A stretch of DNA of 64,000 bases from a virus (IMGVR_UViG_3300044667_000075:61264-125263), one strand, 5' to 3'. Counted from the stretch's first letter, positions 34,890 to 45,133 are shown. Made by a program: numbers and translations. Notes: generated by a model not told the origin, from the letters alone.

Positions 34890-36545
34890 ATGTCCCGGTT
34901 CAACAAGCCCGCAGCGAGGACGGTCGCCCGCAGCCCGGTCACGTCCGAGGCTGTCCCGTCCGGCCTCACTCACGAAGGTGCTCCCGGCTATGCGCGGGAC
35001 GCTAAGAGCGAACTGTTCCTCTTGGCGGTCGCCTACATGGGGGATGCGACGTTCTACGAGACTGGCAAGGAGCGTGACGCCCGGTTCGCCGATCTCGTCC
35101 GCAAGGTCGCCGTTGAGGATCCCGCTTGGATGGAGGGCTTCATCCCGTGGCTGCGGAACGACGCGAACATGCGCACGGCGTCCCTCGTAGCCGCCGCAGA
35201 GGCACTGAAGGCCCGGCTCGAAGGGTGCCCTGGGCCGCCCCATGCCGGTCACGCGAGCTCGGACTGGACGTGCCCACTTGAGGCTCCCAGCGGCTTCAAC
35301 CGCCGGATAATCAGCGCCGCGCTCCAGCGCGCCGACGAGCCCGGCGAACTGCTCGCCTACTGGCATTCCCTGTACGGCCGGAACGAGCCCAAGCCGCTCA
35401 AGCGAGGCATCGCCGACGCAATCGTCCGGCTCTACACTGAGTTCTCCCTGCTGAAGTACGACACGGACTCGCACGGCTACCGGTTCGGCGACGTGATCGA
35501 ACGTGTCCACGTCACCGGGGAGCACCCGGAGGTCAAGGGCACCTGGAAGGGCGACCTGTACGAGCACGCCATCGACCGGCGGCACGGCCGGGACAACCCC
35601 GTGCCGGAGGAACTGGCCATGATCCGGGCGAACGCCGCGCTGCGCAAGCGGGCCGCGGAGGACCCGTCTGTCCTGCTCGACGCCGCGGCGCTGAAGGCTG
35701 CGGGCATGACGTGGGAGGACGCGCTGTCGCTGGCCGGGAACAAGGTCAGCAAGCGGGACCTGTGGGCCGCGCTGATCCCCTCAATGGGGTTCATGGCGCA
35801 ACTTCGTAATCTCCGCAACTTCGACGACGCGGGCGTCCCGGACGACGTGGCAGGCGACGTGATCGCCCGGCTGACCGACCCGGAGCAGGTGGCAAAGTCA
35901 CGGCAGTTCCCGTTCCGGTTCCTGGCCGCCTACCGGGCCGCGCCGTCGCTGCGGTGGTCGTATCCCCTAGAGCGGGCGCTGAACCTGTCCCTGGCCAACG
36001 TGCCCTCGCTGAAGGGACGGACTCTGATCCTCGTGGACCGGTCGGGTTCCATGTTCGACGGCGTGTCCGCGAAGTCCGGGCTGAACCGGGCCGACACGGC
36101 GGCGCTGTTCGGGTCGGCTCTGGCGCTTCGCTGCGAGCATGCGGACCTGGTGGAGTTCGGCACGGCCAGCCGGCCGGTGCAGTTCCGGGGCGCTGACTCG
36201 GTGCTGAAGGTGATCGAGCGGTTCACGTCAATGGGTGGCACGAACACGGCCGACGCGATCCGGCGGCACTACCGGGACACGTTCCACTCCCGCGTCGTCA
36301 TCATCACCGACGAGCAGGCGTGGGGCGGCTACTACGGAGCTGAGCCGACCTCGCTTGTCCCGGCACCCGTCCCCGTCTACACGTGGAACCTCGCCGGTTA
36401 CAAGCACGGTCATGGGCCCTCTGGATCGGCCAACCGGCACACGTTCGGAGGGTTGACCGACTCGGCCTTCAAGATGATCGGCCTTCTTGAGGCCGGGCGC
36501 GACTGCTGCTGGAGCGACCTGTTCGGCAGGTATCTCCAGCAGTAG
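34890..36545 (+). CDS. rsr: Ro60/TROVE-domain RNA-binding protein with vWA domain
   Basis: THEGAPGY..DAKSELFLL, QRADEPGE, MTWE, MAQLRNLRNF, SRQFPFRFL; MIDAS DRSGS, GGTN, IITDEQ. Confidence 0.95.
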   Translation: MSRFNKPAARTVARSPVTSEAVPSGLTHEGAPGYARDAKSELFLLAVAYMGDATFYETGKERDARFADLVRKVAVEDPAWMEGFIPWLRNDANMRTASLVAAAEALKARLEGCPGPPHAGHASSDWTCPLEAPSGFNRRIISAALQRADEPGELLAYWHSLYGRNEPKPLKRGIADAIVRLYTEFSLLKYDTDSHGYRFGDVIERVHVTGEHPEVKGTWKGDLYEHAIDRRHGRDNPVPEELAMIRANAALRKRAAEDPSVLLDAAALKAAGMTWEDALSLAGNKVSKRDLWAALIPSMGFMAQLRNLRNFDDAGVPDDVAGDVIARLTDPEQVAKSRQFPFRFLAAYRAAPSLRWSYPLERALNLSLANVPSLKGRTLILVDRSGSMFDGVSAKSGLNRADTAALFGSALALRCEHADLVEFGTASRPVQFRGADSVLKVIERFTSMGGTNTADAIRRHYRDTFHSRVVIITDEQAWGGYYGAEPTSLVPAPVPVYTWNLAGYKHGHGPSGSANRHTFGGLTDSAFKMIGLLEAGRDCCWSDLFGRYLQQ

Positions 36546-36775
36546 ACGAGCATCTCTGGGATCTGCAGCCGGGGCACCTTACCTCAGGGCTACACCCGTG
36601 TAACTCCGGATTCTCTGCGTCTCTTAAGCAAACCTTAAGAACTGGCTAAGCGTCCTACCTCGCGGGGGGTACGCTCCGCGCCCGGATGCTCGCCCCCCGT
36701 AAAGGGGGAGGCGGGCCGGTTCCCTGCGAGCCGGCCCGCGCCAACCAACGAAACCCTCAAAGGGGGTCCTTCAGC

Positions 36776-37579
36776 ATGTTCAGAAAGGCAAGGTACCTGG
36801 CTGGTGTCGCCGCGGTCGCGGCCGGCGCGCTGGGCCTGACCGGCACCGCCGCGGTCACGTCGGCCACCCAGGCGTCCGCCGCCACCCCGTCGTGCGGGAC
36901 GTTCTGCCTCAACATTTTCAGCCGCGAGTTTGGCACCTACCACCACCCGGCGTTCGTCGGTGACGTGTTCCGCCAGGGCCTGCGCACCGGGCAGCCCATC
37001 ATCCTGTTCAAGGCCAGCAATGCCGACCCGGCCGAGGACTTCACCCTGTCGTTCCAGGGTCTCGTGTCGGACTTCTTCGCCGCGGGCATGGTCTCACCTC
37101 AGGTGATGCTCCACTACGGGTGCACGCCCGGGCTCGTGTTCTCCAACGGGCAGGGCGGCACGATCACCTGCTTCCCCGGGTCGCAGGACGAGCCCGCGTT
37201 CGAGATCGAGTACGCGCCCTACGGCGTCGACAGCGGCCTGTGCATGGGCACGCCCGCCGCGAGGCTGCCCGCGGTCGGCAGCGCGAAGGTGTCGCTGCAG
37301 CCGTGCGGCGTGGACAGCCGGACGGTGTGGATCTGGGACACCTACGACCAGCCGGCGCCGTGGGTGAACGGCTTCACCTACCCGGCGATCAACGGGTCGG
37401 ACACGAACTTCTCCCACCCGTCCGTCCTGTCGTACCCGTCGAACGGGTTCCCGACGGACCTGCCGCGCCCGCAGCTTCAGGTGACGAACCTGACAGGGTT
37501 CTCGAACGGGTTCGGCCCGATCGTCGGCCAGGTGCCGGACTGGCAGCTGTGGGGCGGCGTGTTCGGCGTCCTGCACTAG
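36776..37579 (+). CDS. secreted protein, ricin-B/lectin-like
   Basis: Sec signal peptide ending ASA; DSGLCMG...VSLQPC...TVW. Confidence 0.75.
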   Translation: MFRKARYLAGVAAVAAGALGLTGTAAVTSATQASAATPSCGTFCLNIFSREFGTYHHPAFVGDVFRQGLRTGQPIILFKASNADPAEDFTLSFQGLVSDFFAAGMVSPQVMLHYGCTPGLVFSNGQGGTITCFPGSQDEPAFEIEYAPYGVDSGLCMGTPAARLPAVGSAKVSLQPCGVDSRTVWIWDTYDQPAPWVNGFTYPAINGSDTNFSHPSVLSYPSNGFPTDLPRPQLQVTNLTGFSNGFGPIVGQVPDWQLWGGVFGVLH

Positions 37580-37763
37580 GCTGGCAGGTCCCTCAGACTG
37601 CGGGGCCGGGCACAGGGCCTGTCCTGCTTGAAGGCTGGCGATCGTCCGGTCCCGCACCAGGACGCGGCGGTGAGGGCAGCCGCAGAAGGACGGCGGCGAG
37701 GGGGGCGGGCTGATCGGCCCCCGGTACGTGAGCCTCGCCGCCGACACCGCCGCACGCAGAAAG

Positions 37764-37800
37764 ATCCCCTCCCTGGCCCACCCCGGCCAGGGAGGGGGAT
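37764..37800. terminator. intrinsic terminator-like hairpin
   Basis: ATCCCCTCCCTGGCC/GGCCAGGGAGGGGGAT stem; T-rich run on the minus strand. Confidence 0.6.
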
Positions 37801-37909
37801 GTGCGTATCTGAGCAGGTCCCGCCAGAGACCACCCATCCTGCGCAAGAATGGTACACAAGTCCCCGGACGGGAGATCCGGGACGCCATGCAAAGGGAGGG
37901 GAATGCGTG

Positions 37910-38149
37910 ATGGCGGTCGTTATCAAACGCCCGGCACCTGGCCCGCGTGTCGCGGACGCTGAGCCGCTGCTGACACCCGCAGAGGTGGCCGTGCTTTTTA
38001 AGGTGGACCCGCGCACGGTCACGCGGTGGGCGAGGGAGGGCAAGCTGACTTCGCTCCGCACGCTGGGCAATCACCGACGCTACCGGGAGGCCGAGGTCCG
38101 CGCGCTGCTCAACGGTACCGTCCAGGCCCGCAGCGAGGACACCGCCTGA
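37910..38149 (+). CDS. bldC: BldC-family MerR-like DNA-binding protein
   Basis: DAEPLLTPAEVAVLFKVDPRTVTRWAREGKLTSLRTLGNHRRYREAEVRALL closely matches Streptomyces BldC as recalled. Confidence 0.9.
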   Translation: MAVVIKRPAPGPRVADAEPLLTPAEVAVLFKVDPRTVTRWAREGKLTSLRTLGNHRRYREAEVRALLNGTVQARSEDTA

Positions 38150-38393
38150 TCGCGGGGTCCCCCGGCCCGGCCTCCCTCGGGGGGGAGGAGGGCGGCGCGG
38201 TGCCGGGGGAACGGGCGTCATCGCACTGGTGATGCCAGCCCATTGTACCCGGCTGGTCACTCACCGAAACGGGAATCCGGCCCGCCCTCCTGCTGCAGGG
38301 ACTGAGGAGGGCGGGCCGGGGGGCCCGCCGCCAGGTCAGCCCGCGGGTGCGGGGGCTGTGCTTGCGCGGGCTGACGGCGCTGGCGGCGGGGTC

Positions 38394-38597
38394 TCACAGG
38401 TCGAAGTCCGGGCAGAGGGCACACCCGTCGCCGGGCGGGCGGGGCTGCCGGTACAGGTGGATGGCGAGCGCGGCGATGACGAGCGGGGGGAGCGCGCGGT
38501 TCCTGGCGCAGGCCTCGGTGATCGTGGGCATGCGGCCTTGCGCGGCTATCGCTCCTGCCTCGTACGCGCAGGCCAGCACCAAGCACCACTTCAGCAT
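38394..38597 (-). CDS. small membrane protein
   Basis: GGAGG RBS; two hydrophobic segments; end of the late operon. Confidence 0.65.
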   Translation of the reverse strand: MLKWCLVLACAYEAGAIAAQGRMPTITEACARNRALPPLVIAALAIHLYRQPRPPGDGCALCPDFDL

Positions 38598-38673
38598 CGC
38601 GACGTTCCCTCCCTAACGCGGAGAGTAACGCCCGAAAGTTGCAAAGCGGCACGACACGCCGGGAACTTGCAGG

Positions 38674-41046
38674 TCAGTACACGGGCAGGACGCCGGCGAA
38701 CCTGGCCGGGGCTTCGGGGTTGCCGAGGATGCGGCTCCACAGGTCGTACTTGACGCCGGAGGTCAGCTGGACCACCCCGGCCGGGCTGCCCCCGGTGGGG
38801 CCGACGGCGGCTTGGGCGACGTACCCGCGGATGTTGGTCCCGGTAAGCCATACGGCGAGGTACCAGGTGACGGGCTGGGCGGGGTGCAGGATGTCACCGG
38901 AGGATACGGGGGCGGCGAACTGGACTGTCAGTTCCGGCTGGCCCGGAGTCTGCCCGGTCGGGTCGGTACCGGTCCCGGCGAGGTCCGCGGTCCACAGGAT
39001 GTTGACGTACTCGACGCTGACCGCGGCGACCGGTTCGAACTGCACGACGACCACCTTCCATCGGGGAGGCAAGGGAACGGCCCGCCATCTGGAGGGCAGG
39101 AGTGATGTCTGCCACCGGCCGGGCAGGGGCCGGGCGAGCCAGGTACCGGTGACCGGCGCCGGGGTGGTGACGAGCCACGCGGCGGCGAGCAGGCCCGTCC
39201 CGGAGAGCCCCGCGCCGCCGGGGAGCGCCTTCGACCCGGACGCGGCGAGCAGGCCGGCACCCGCCAGCGCCGCGGAGTAGCCGAGGGTGACGCCGGGGAC
39301 GGCGATCGCCCCGGACCCGGTGAGCCCGGCCGCGTACCCGAGGGTAACCCCGGCCGTGACGGCCCCCGTGCCCGCCAGGCCAGCGGCGCCGGGGATGGCG
39401 AGGGTCCAGGCCGCGGTTACCGTCCCGCCGCCGGACAGGGCCACGGTGAACCCGAGGACGACGCCGGGTGCCGCCAGGGTCCCGCTGCCCGACAGGCCCG
39501 CCGCGTACCCGAGCGTGACCGCCGCAGCCAGGGCACCCGTGCCGGACAGCGCCGATGAGTAGCCCAGGGTCACGCCAGGAACGGCGAGAGCCCCGGAACC
39601 GGACAGTGCTGCGGCGCCCTGCTGCTGCCCGGACATGCTCCCCGCGGCGGCCATCGTCCCGAGCCCGGTGAGCAGCGCCTGGTATCCGAGCGTCACGGCC
39701 CCGGAGAGCGCCCCTGAGCCGGTGAGCGCGGCAGAGAAGCCGAGCACCTCCCCCGGTACGGCGACGGCCCCGGAGCCCGTGAGGGCCGCGCTGTAGCCCA
39801 GCACGATGCCGGGTACGGAAAGGGCCCCGGTTCCCGCGAGGGCAGCCACGTAGCCGAGCGTCACCCCCGGGACGGCCACCGCCCCGGAGCCGCTCAGCGC
39901 CGCGGAGAACCCCAGCGCGGCCCCGGCCACCTGCAGCGACCCGGTGCCCGCCAGGACCGCGGAGTAGCCCTTGACTTCACCTGGGACGGACAGCGCGCCA
40001 GCGCCGCTGAAGGCCGCCGGGGCGGCCCAGGTGACCGCCCCGGCCGCCCCTGCCGTCCCGGTGCCGGACAGGGCAGCTGAGAACCCCTTGACCTCGCCGG
40101 GAACGGACAGGGACCCGGACCCGCCGAGGGCGGCCGGGTAGACGAGCGTCACGGTCTCCGAGACGGAGCCGGCTCCCGACAGTGCCGCGCTGTAACCCAG
40201 GGCGATGGTCTCGCTGACCGACCCCGACCCCGACAGTGCCGCCGCGTACCCGAGGGTGACCGTTTCCGTCACCGTCCCGGACCCGGACAGGCTGGCGCCC
40301 GGATGCCGGCTCACGGCCCCGGCCGCGGACACCGCCCCGGAGCCGGACAAGGCAGCGGCACCCGCCCAGGTCGTGGCCGCCGGGCCGAGATAGCCGGTGG
40401 AACTGACCCCGAGGTCGTCGATGAACATGTTCGGCTGGTTCGCGACGCCGTTGGTCCACCCGAACCGGACAGAGGTGATGTTCGCCGACCCGAAGTTCAG
40501 CGACCCGTTCGACGCCGGGGTCTGCGTCTCGTCAGCAGTGCCGGAATCCGGGGTCAGGAACAGCTTCACCGTTGCTGACGCGGTGGCCGACGCGGGGAAC
40601 GTCAGGTCCCATTCGATGCGGCACCAGGCGTTCAGCGGGACCGTGTTCGTGAACGTCGCCACGACGGTACTCGAGGTGTCCAGCAGCCGCAGGACGCGGC
40701 CGGTGGTGACCTGCAGCCGGGCCAGGACCGTGGACCCGCCGATGTACCGGACGATCACGTCGTTGCCCGCCGGCGCGCTGGTCAGGTACACGTAGACGCG
40801 GCCGAACTGCTCGGCCAGCGTGCCCATCGACGTGGACCACTGCACGTAGTCGCCTGCGGCGATGGTGCTGGTCGCGCACTGGATGCTGAGCGTCCCGTGC
40901 GCCGCCTGGGTCGAGGAGTAGTTGAGTGACCCGCCCGCCGGGATCGAGGTGGCGTCGAACGCGTTCCCGCTGGCGCCGCCGGAGTTCGAGGTGCTGACGG
41001 TAATGCCGTTGGTGCCGCCCTCGGCGCTGTTGGTGAGGAGGGTCAT
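38674..41046 (-). CDS. repeat-rich virion/tail protein
   Basis: ConA-like N-terminus followed by >20 (G)YxAALxGxG repeats. Confidence 0.85.
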   Translation of the reverse strand: MTLLTNSAEGGTNGITVSTSNSGGASGNAFDATSIPAGGSLNYSSTQAAHGTLSIQCATSTIAAGDYVQWSTSMGTLAEQFGRVYVYLTSAPAGNDVIVRYIGGSTVLARLQVTTGRVLRLLDTSSTVVATFTNTVPLNAWCRIEWDLTFPASATASATVKLFLTPDSGTADETQTPASNGSLNFGSANITSVRFGWTNGVANQPNMFIDDLGVSSTGYLGPAATTWAGAAALSGSGAVSAAGAVSRHPGASLSGSGTVTETVTLGYAAALSGSGSVSETIALGYSAALSGAGSVSETVTLVYPAALGGSGSLSVPGEVKGFSAALSGTGTAGAAGAVTWAAPAAFSGAGALSVPGEVKGYSAVLAGTGSLQVAGAALGFSAALSGSGAVAVPGVTLGYVAALAGTGALSVPGIVLGYSAALTGSGAVAVPGEVLGFSAALTGSGALSGAVTLGYQALLTGLGTMAAAGSMSGQQQGAAALSGSGALAVPGVTLGYSSALSGTGALAAAVTLGYAAGLSGSGTLAAPGVVLGFTVALSGGGTVTAAWTLAIPGAAGLAGTGAVTAGVTLGYAAGLTGSGAIAVPGVTLGYSAALAGAGLLAASGSKALPGGAGLSGTGLLAAAWLVTTPAPVTGTWLARPLPGRWQTSLLPSRWRAVPLPPRWKVVVVQFEPVAAVSVEYVNILWTADLAGTGTDPTGQTPGQPELTVQFAAPVSSGDILHPAQPVTWYLAVWLTGTNIRGYVAQAAVGPTGGSPAGVVQLTSGVKYDLWSRILGNPEAPARFAGVLPVY

Positions 41047-41149
41047 GACCGCAGGTGCCGGCTAAGTTCCGGAGCAGCGGTGGCGGTCTCCTTCGGGTCC
41101 AAGGCTCATCTCCGCGAACGGCGACACCGTAACAATGCCGCGGACCTGC

Positions 41150-41599
41150 CTACCATGCGCTGGCGTCCAGCGAAATGCTTCCGGCGCTGAACGTAACCGT
41201 ATCTCCGTTCGCGGCCCCGGTGATCGAGCTCGTGAGCGCCCCCTGCAGCCACCGCAGCGGCGTCCCCGCGGAGTCCCAGATCTCGATCGAGGTCACTGTC
41301 GTCCACGACGACCCGACCGACCAGGACACGCTGTTGCTGTTGGTCTGCACGCCCGCGCTGGGCGCTCCGAACGCGGACGAGCCGAGCGTCGACCCGCCCG
41401 CCGAGTAGCCGGTGCCGGTGAGCTCGGTGCCGTTGGACGTGTTGCTGCCCTGGGTGGTCATCAGCCGCAACTTGTACGGCGGCGTGATCGTGAACGCCGA
41501 CCCGCCCCCGGTGCCGGGCGTGATCGTGAACGTCGTCGAGGACGTGTACAGGGCCTGCATGAGCGCCTGGACGCGGTTCCGGTCAGTCATGGACGCCAT
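41150..41599 (-). CDS. minor tail protein
   Basis: KLRLMT...GTELTGTGY...IEIWDSA...GDTVTFSAGSI, a phage tail beta-protein pattern. Confidence 0.8.
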   Translation of the reverse strand: MASMTDRNRVQALMQALYTSSTTFTITPGTGGGSAFTITPPYKLRLMTTQGSNTSNGTELTGTGYSAGGSTLGSSAFGAPSAGVQTNSNSVSWSVGSSWTTVTSIEIWDSAGTPLRWLQGALTSSITGAANGDTVTFSAGSISLDASAW

Positions 41600-41600
41600 G

Positions 41601-41900
41601 TCAGTTCACCGCCTGCACGTTCGCGGAGCCTGGCATCAGCTCGATGTGGACCGGGCGACAGACGAGACATCCCTCGGGCCGGTCCTTCACCTGGTCAGGT
41701 CCGGGGCCTGGCGACCAGCACGGCCCGACGTGCTCCTTAGGGCACGCAGCGGCGGCCTCGTGGTGCGGGTGGTCCTGCGGGTGGCCGTCCGCGCAGTGAC
41801 CGGAGCAGACCTCATTGAGGCGCTCGTGAACATGCTGGTTGCTGTCCCCTGGCGCGATATAGACGGCCTCGCCGCCTGTGACACAAGCGACCCGGATCAT
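41601..41900 (-). CDS. Cys/His-rich small protein
   Basis: GGAAGG RBS; many Cys and His residues. Confidence 0.65.
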   Translation of the reverse strand: MIRVACVTGGEAVYIAPGDSNQHVHERLNEVCSGHCADGHPQDHPHHEAAAACPKEHVGPCWSPGPGPDQVKDRPEGCLVCRPVHIELMPGSANVQAVN

Positions 41901-42019
41901 CCGGCCACCTTCCTGCCGTCTCACGGAGCACGCCCGAGCGAACGTGCCGATGCACATGCATATGCACAATCCATTATGCCTGCTGAGCAGCGAGATAAGG
42001 ATGAAGCGGGCGGGAAAGT

Positions 42020-44164
42020 CTAGGAGGCCTGGTAGCCGATCACGTCGTCCAGCCAGATCTCCGACGTGCCGAGCGTCGGCTGGTAGTTGTGCGACCCAGT
42101 GGCGCCGACGGTCTGCCACGCCGAGTTGAGGGTGATCACGCCGTTGCTGACCCGCGTCAGCGACGCCCACTGGCCGATGATGTCCTCGGTGTAGGTCTCG
42201 GTGCCGGGCCCGTGGACGCCGGCGACGCCGATCAGCAGGTCATCCGCGTGGGCCGTGGTGATCCCCGACCCGGCCGACGGCGAGGTCGAGGTACCGCCGT
42301 TGCCGTTCGCGCCGTCGCGGGTCAGCGGCGAGGAAATATTGCTGAACTGGTCGCATGACGCGACCCGGCTGGCCAGGGACGTGGTTGTTATCGTGATCGT
42401 GTCCCCCGCCTGGAGGTCCTTGCCGCTGGCGATGAGGCACGACCACACCTTGAGCGTGATCGTGTTGCCGGTGTCATTGCTGGACCGGTCCGACACCCAC
42501 GTGTTGCCGCGGGTGTCGGCGATCGCCGGCGCCGTCGCGGTGTAGTCGCACAGCAGCCGCACGCTCAGCATCTGCCCGGCGGGGATGCCGCCCGCGGGGA
42601 CGGTGATGGTCAGCGTGGTGCCCGCCGTGGTCGCGGTGGCGGTGCCGACGTTCTGATGCCAGGAGGCAGTACCGGCCGGGGGCGGCGAGTAGCTGGGAGT
42701 GCCCGCCTTGTAGGCGGCGATGATCTCCGCCCAGTTCCTGCTCGTGCCCAGTACCGGCCGGTAGTAGTAGGTCCCGGTCGCCTTCACCGAGTCGTACGCG
42801 GCGTTGACGGTGAAATCGGGCGTGCCGCCCGTGGTCCCGGCGCGGGTCAGCGAGATCCACGGGAACACGGTGTCCTCGGTGTAGGTGTCTGTTGACGGCC
42901 CTTGGACGGCGGTGAACCCGACGAGCAGGTCATCGGCGGTCACGGTGGTCACCGGGATGGTCGTGCCCGGCGTCGTGGAGGTGCCCGAGGTCTGGTTGAC
43001 GGCGACGTCGAGGTTGGCGCCCGCGCCGCCGAACACGACGCCGGACCACGCCCCCATCACCACGGTCATGGTGGCGACGGTCGCGGAGGCGGTGACCCGG
43101 ATCGCGTCGCCGGGGCCGAGCGCGGTCACGATCTGCCCGGAGAACAAGCTCCCGCGGATATTCAGGCCCGAGCTCGCGGCGGACGCGTCCCGCGTATAGG
43201 TGTTGCCTTTGCTGTCGGCGCAGGTCGGGCCGCCGCTGGTGTAGGGGTGGGTGAGCCGGACCAGGACCGTCGACCCCGCGGGCACGGTCATGTTCGCCGG
43301 GACCGGGATCGTCAGCTGCGTGCCGCTCGTGGTCGTGGTTGCCGAGCCGATCGTCCCGATGAACGCCGCCGACCCCGCGGGGATGGGGACGATCTGCTGG
43401 TAGTGCGCCCGCACCTGGGACGGGGTGAGCTCGTACCCGTAGAGGGCGACGTTGCAGATCGCGCCCTGGAAGAACGAGTTCAGGTCGCGGGTCCCGATGC
43501 GGAACGGCTCGATGCTGTAGCTGGGGACGATGGAGAACGACGCCAGGCTCTGGGTCTGCCGGTAGACGCCGTTCTTGAAGATCGACACGTAGCCGGTCGG
43601 GTACTGCGCGCTGGTGTTCACGCTGTTGATCACCAGGACGTAGTGGATCCACGCCCCGGCCGTGATCGTGTCCTGGAAGTACGCGCCCGCGCCGAGCCCC
43701 CCGGCCGAGTTGAACTGGTACCCGGAGATCCTGTTGACGCGGCCTTCGGTGTTGTCCTGGCCATACATCCGGGCCACGTACTCGTAGCCGTTGGCCGCGC
43801 TGCCCTTGCCGAGCCAGTGGACGTACCCTGTCGCTTCCTCGGACGGGAAGGTGAGCACGTCGGGCCGCATCCACGCCTCGATGCTGATGATCCCGGTGCC
43901 GGTGGTGGAGATCGCCGTAGAGGTCGGCACCTCGAGGTACTGGGTGGTCCCGTTGAACACGGTGCAGCCGGTGCCGTCGAGGAAGGTCCCTTGGCTTGGG
44001 TTGCCGTGCGCGGTGGCGCCGTGGCCGTTGCCGGTCAGGTCGGTCACCCCTGTCGGCCAGAAAGCGGCCGGGCTGTCCGCCAGGATCAGGGTCTGGTAGG
44101 CCGAGCGGACGGGGGCCTGGCCGGGATGCTGGGCCATCCGCCAGCGGATCGATGACCTGCCCAC
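42020..44164 (-). CDS. tail protein with LamG/ConA domain and two repeated beta domains
   Basis: ISIEAWMRP...WIHYVLV...IFKNGV...FRIG...FFQGAICNVALY. Confidence 0.85.
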   Translation of the reverse strand: MGRSSIRWRMAQHPGQAPVRSAYQTLILADSPAAFWPTGVTDLTGNGHGATAHGNPSQGTFLDGTGCTVFNGTTQYLEVPTSTAISTTGTGIISIEAWMRPDVLTFPSEEATGYVHWLGKGSAANGYEYVARMYGQDNTEGRVNRISGYQFNSAGGLGAGAYFQDTITAGAWIHYVLVINSVNTSAQYPTGYVSIFKNGVYRQTQSLASFSIVPSYSIEPFRIGTRDLNSFFQGAICNVALYGYELTPSQVRAHYQQIVPIPAGSAAFIGTIGSATTTTSGTQLTIPVPANMTVPAGSTVLVRLTHPYTSGGPTCADSKGNTYTRDASAASSGLNIRGSLFSGQIVTALGPGDAIRVTASATVATMTVVMGAWSGVVFGGAGANLDVAVNQTSGTSTTPGTTIPVTTVTADDLLVGFTAVQGPSTDTYTEDTVFPWISLTRAGTTGGTPDFTVNAAYDSVKATGTYYYRPVLGTSRNWAEIIAAYKAGTPSYSPPPAGTASWHQNVGTATATTAGTTLTITVPAGGIPAGQMLSVRLLCDYTATAPAIADTRGNTWVSDRSSNDTGNTITLKVWSCLIASGKDLQAGDTITITTTSLASRVASCDQFSNISSPLTRDGANGNGGTSTSPSAGSGITTAHADDLLIGVAGVHGPGTETYTEDIIGQWASLTRVSNGVITLNSAWQTVGATGSHNYQPTLGTSEIWLDDVIGYQAS

Positions 44165-44182
44165 AGAGCCTCTCTTCTTCCG

Positions 44183-45133
44183 TCAGGGGTGCGCGATGAG
44201 CTGGCCCGCGCTGGGGCCGTCGAGCCACCGGTTGTTCGACCAGGCGTTCCCCGTGGCCGTCGCGGAGTACGCGGTGCCCGCGCCGAAGAACCCGCCCGTG
44301 GAGAAGAACATCGTGGAGAACCAGTTGCCCGCCACCACGACACCCTGCGATGACGCGGCCAGCGACCCCGTGTTCCCGGCGTAAATGCAGTAGTCGCCGC
44401 CCGCGAGGAGGTTCCCGGTCACGGTCGCGTTCGTCACCGCGCTGAACGTCGAGGACATGTGCAGCGGTGACGTCTGGGACAGCGGGACCAGGATCGTGTT
44501 CCCCTGGACGAGCAGCGAGTGGCCGTTGGTTCCTTCGCAGTCGATCCCGTCGTTGTGGTCGTTCAGCTGGAACCCGGAGTCGTGCATGTAGTTCGACGCC
44601 CATGTCCCCGCCGCCGCGGACCCGAAGATCCGGCACCACCAGATGTTGCAGTACGTCACGACCGTGTTCGCGTCGTTCGAGCTGTCCTGGACGCCGTAGG
44701 ACAGCCGCCCGCCGCTGGCGTCGGTCCCGGAGATCGTGCACCGGGTGACCGTGCTGTTCGTGGTCGTGGAGCCGAGGGTGATGCCCGCAGCGGACGCCCC
44801 CGAGTTCGTCACCTGCAAGTTGGACAGGACGGTGCCGCTCGAGGTGCTGCCTACGGAAACGGCGGCGGTGAATGTGCAGTTGGACACGGTGACGTTGTTG
44901 GCCTGGATCAGGCAGCCGCCCGCCACGGCCAGCCCGGACACGTTCGCGCCCGCAGTGGTGATCTTGATCTGGTTCTGCGCGGACTGCCACGTCCACCCGG
45001 TCCCGGAGGTGGCCCCTGAGGGGACCTGGGTGAGTGGCCCGGTGATGGTGGCCCCTGCGGTCTCGGCGCAGGGGAAGCGGAGACCGCCGCCCCACCCGTT
45101 GAAGCCTGCGGCGCGCAGCAGCCCGGACCCCAT
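44183..45133 (-). CDS. right-handed beta-helix (pectin lyase-like) protein
   Basis: NNVTVSNC, NYMHD..HNDGI, ATVTGNLLAGG, VVVAGNWF. Confidence 0.8.
   Translation of the reverse strand: MGSGLLRAAGFNGWGGGLRFPCAETAGATITGPLTQVPSGATSGTGWTWQSAQNQIKITTAGANVSGLAVAGGCLIQANNVTVSNCTFTAAVSVGSTSSGTVLSNLQVTNSGASAAGITLGSTTTNSTVTRCTISGTDASGGRLSYGVQDSSNDANTVVTYCNIWWCRIFGSAAAGTWASNYMHDSGFQLNDHNDGIDCEGTNGHSLLVQGNTILVPLSQTSPLHMSSTFSAVTNATVTGNLLAGGDYCIYAGNTGSLAASSQGVVVAGNWFSTMFFSTGGFFGAGTAYSATATGNAWSNNRWLDGPSAGQLIAHP

Noticed and set aside
36640-36775. Riboswitch (e.g. c-di-AMP) ahead of the secreted protein
   Set aside because: Hairpins are present but I could not match the conserved aptamer motifs; an Rfam scan is needed.
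38394-38597. Holin/lysis cassette
   Set aside because: Small hydrophobic protein, but no endolysin is recognisable nearby, so it is left as a membrane protein.
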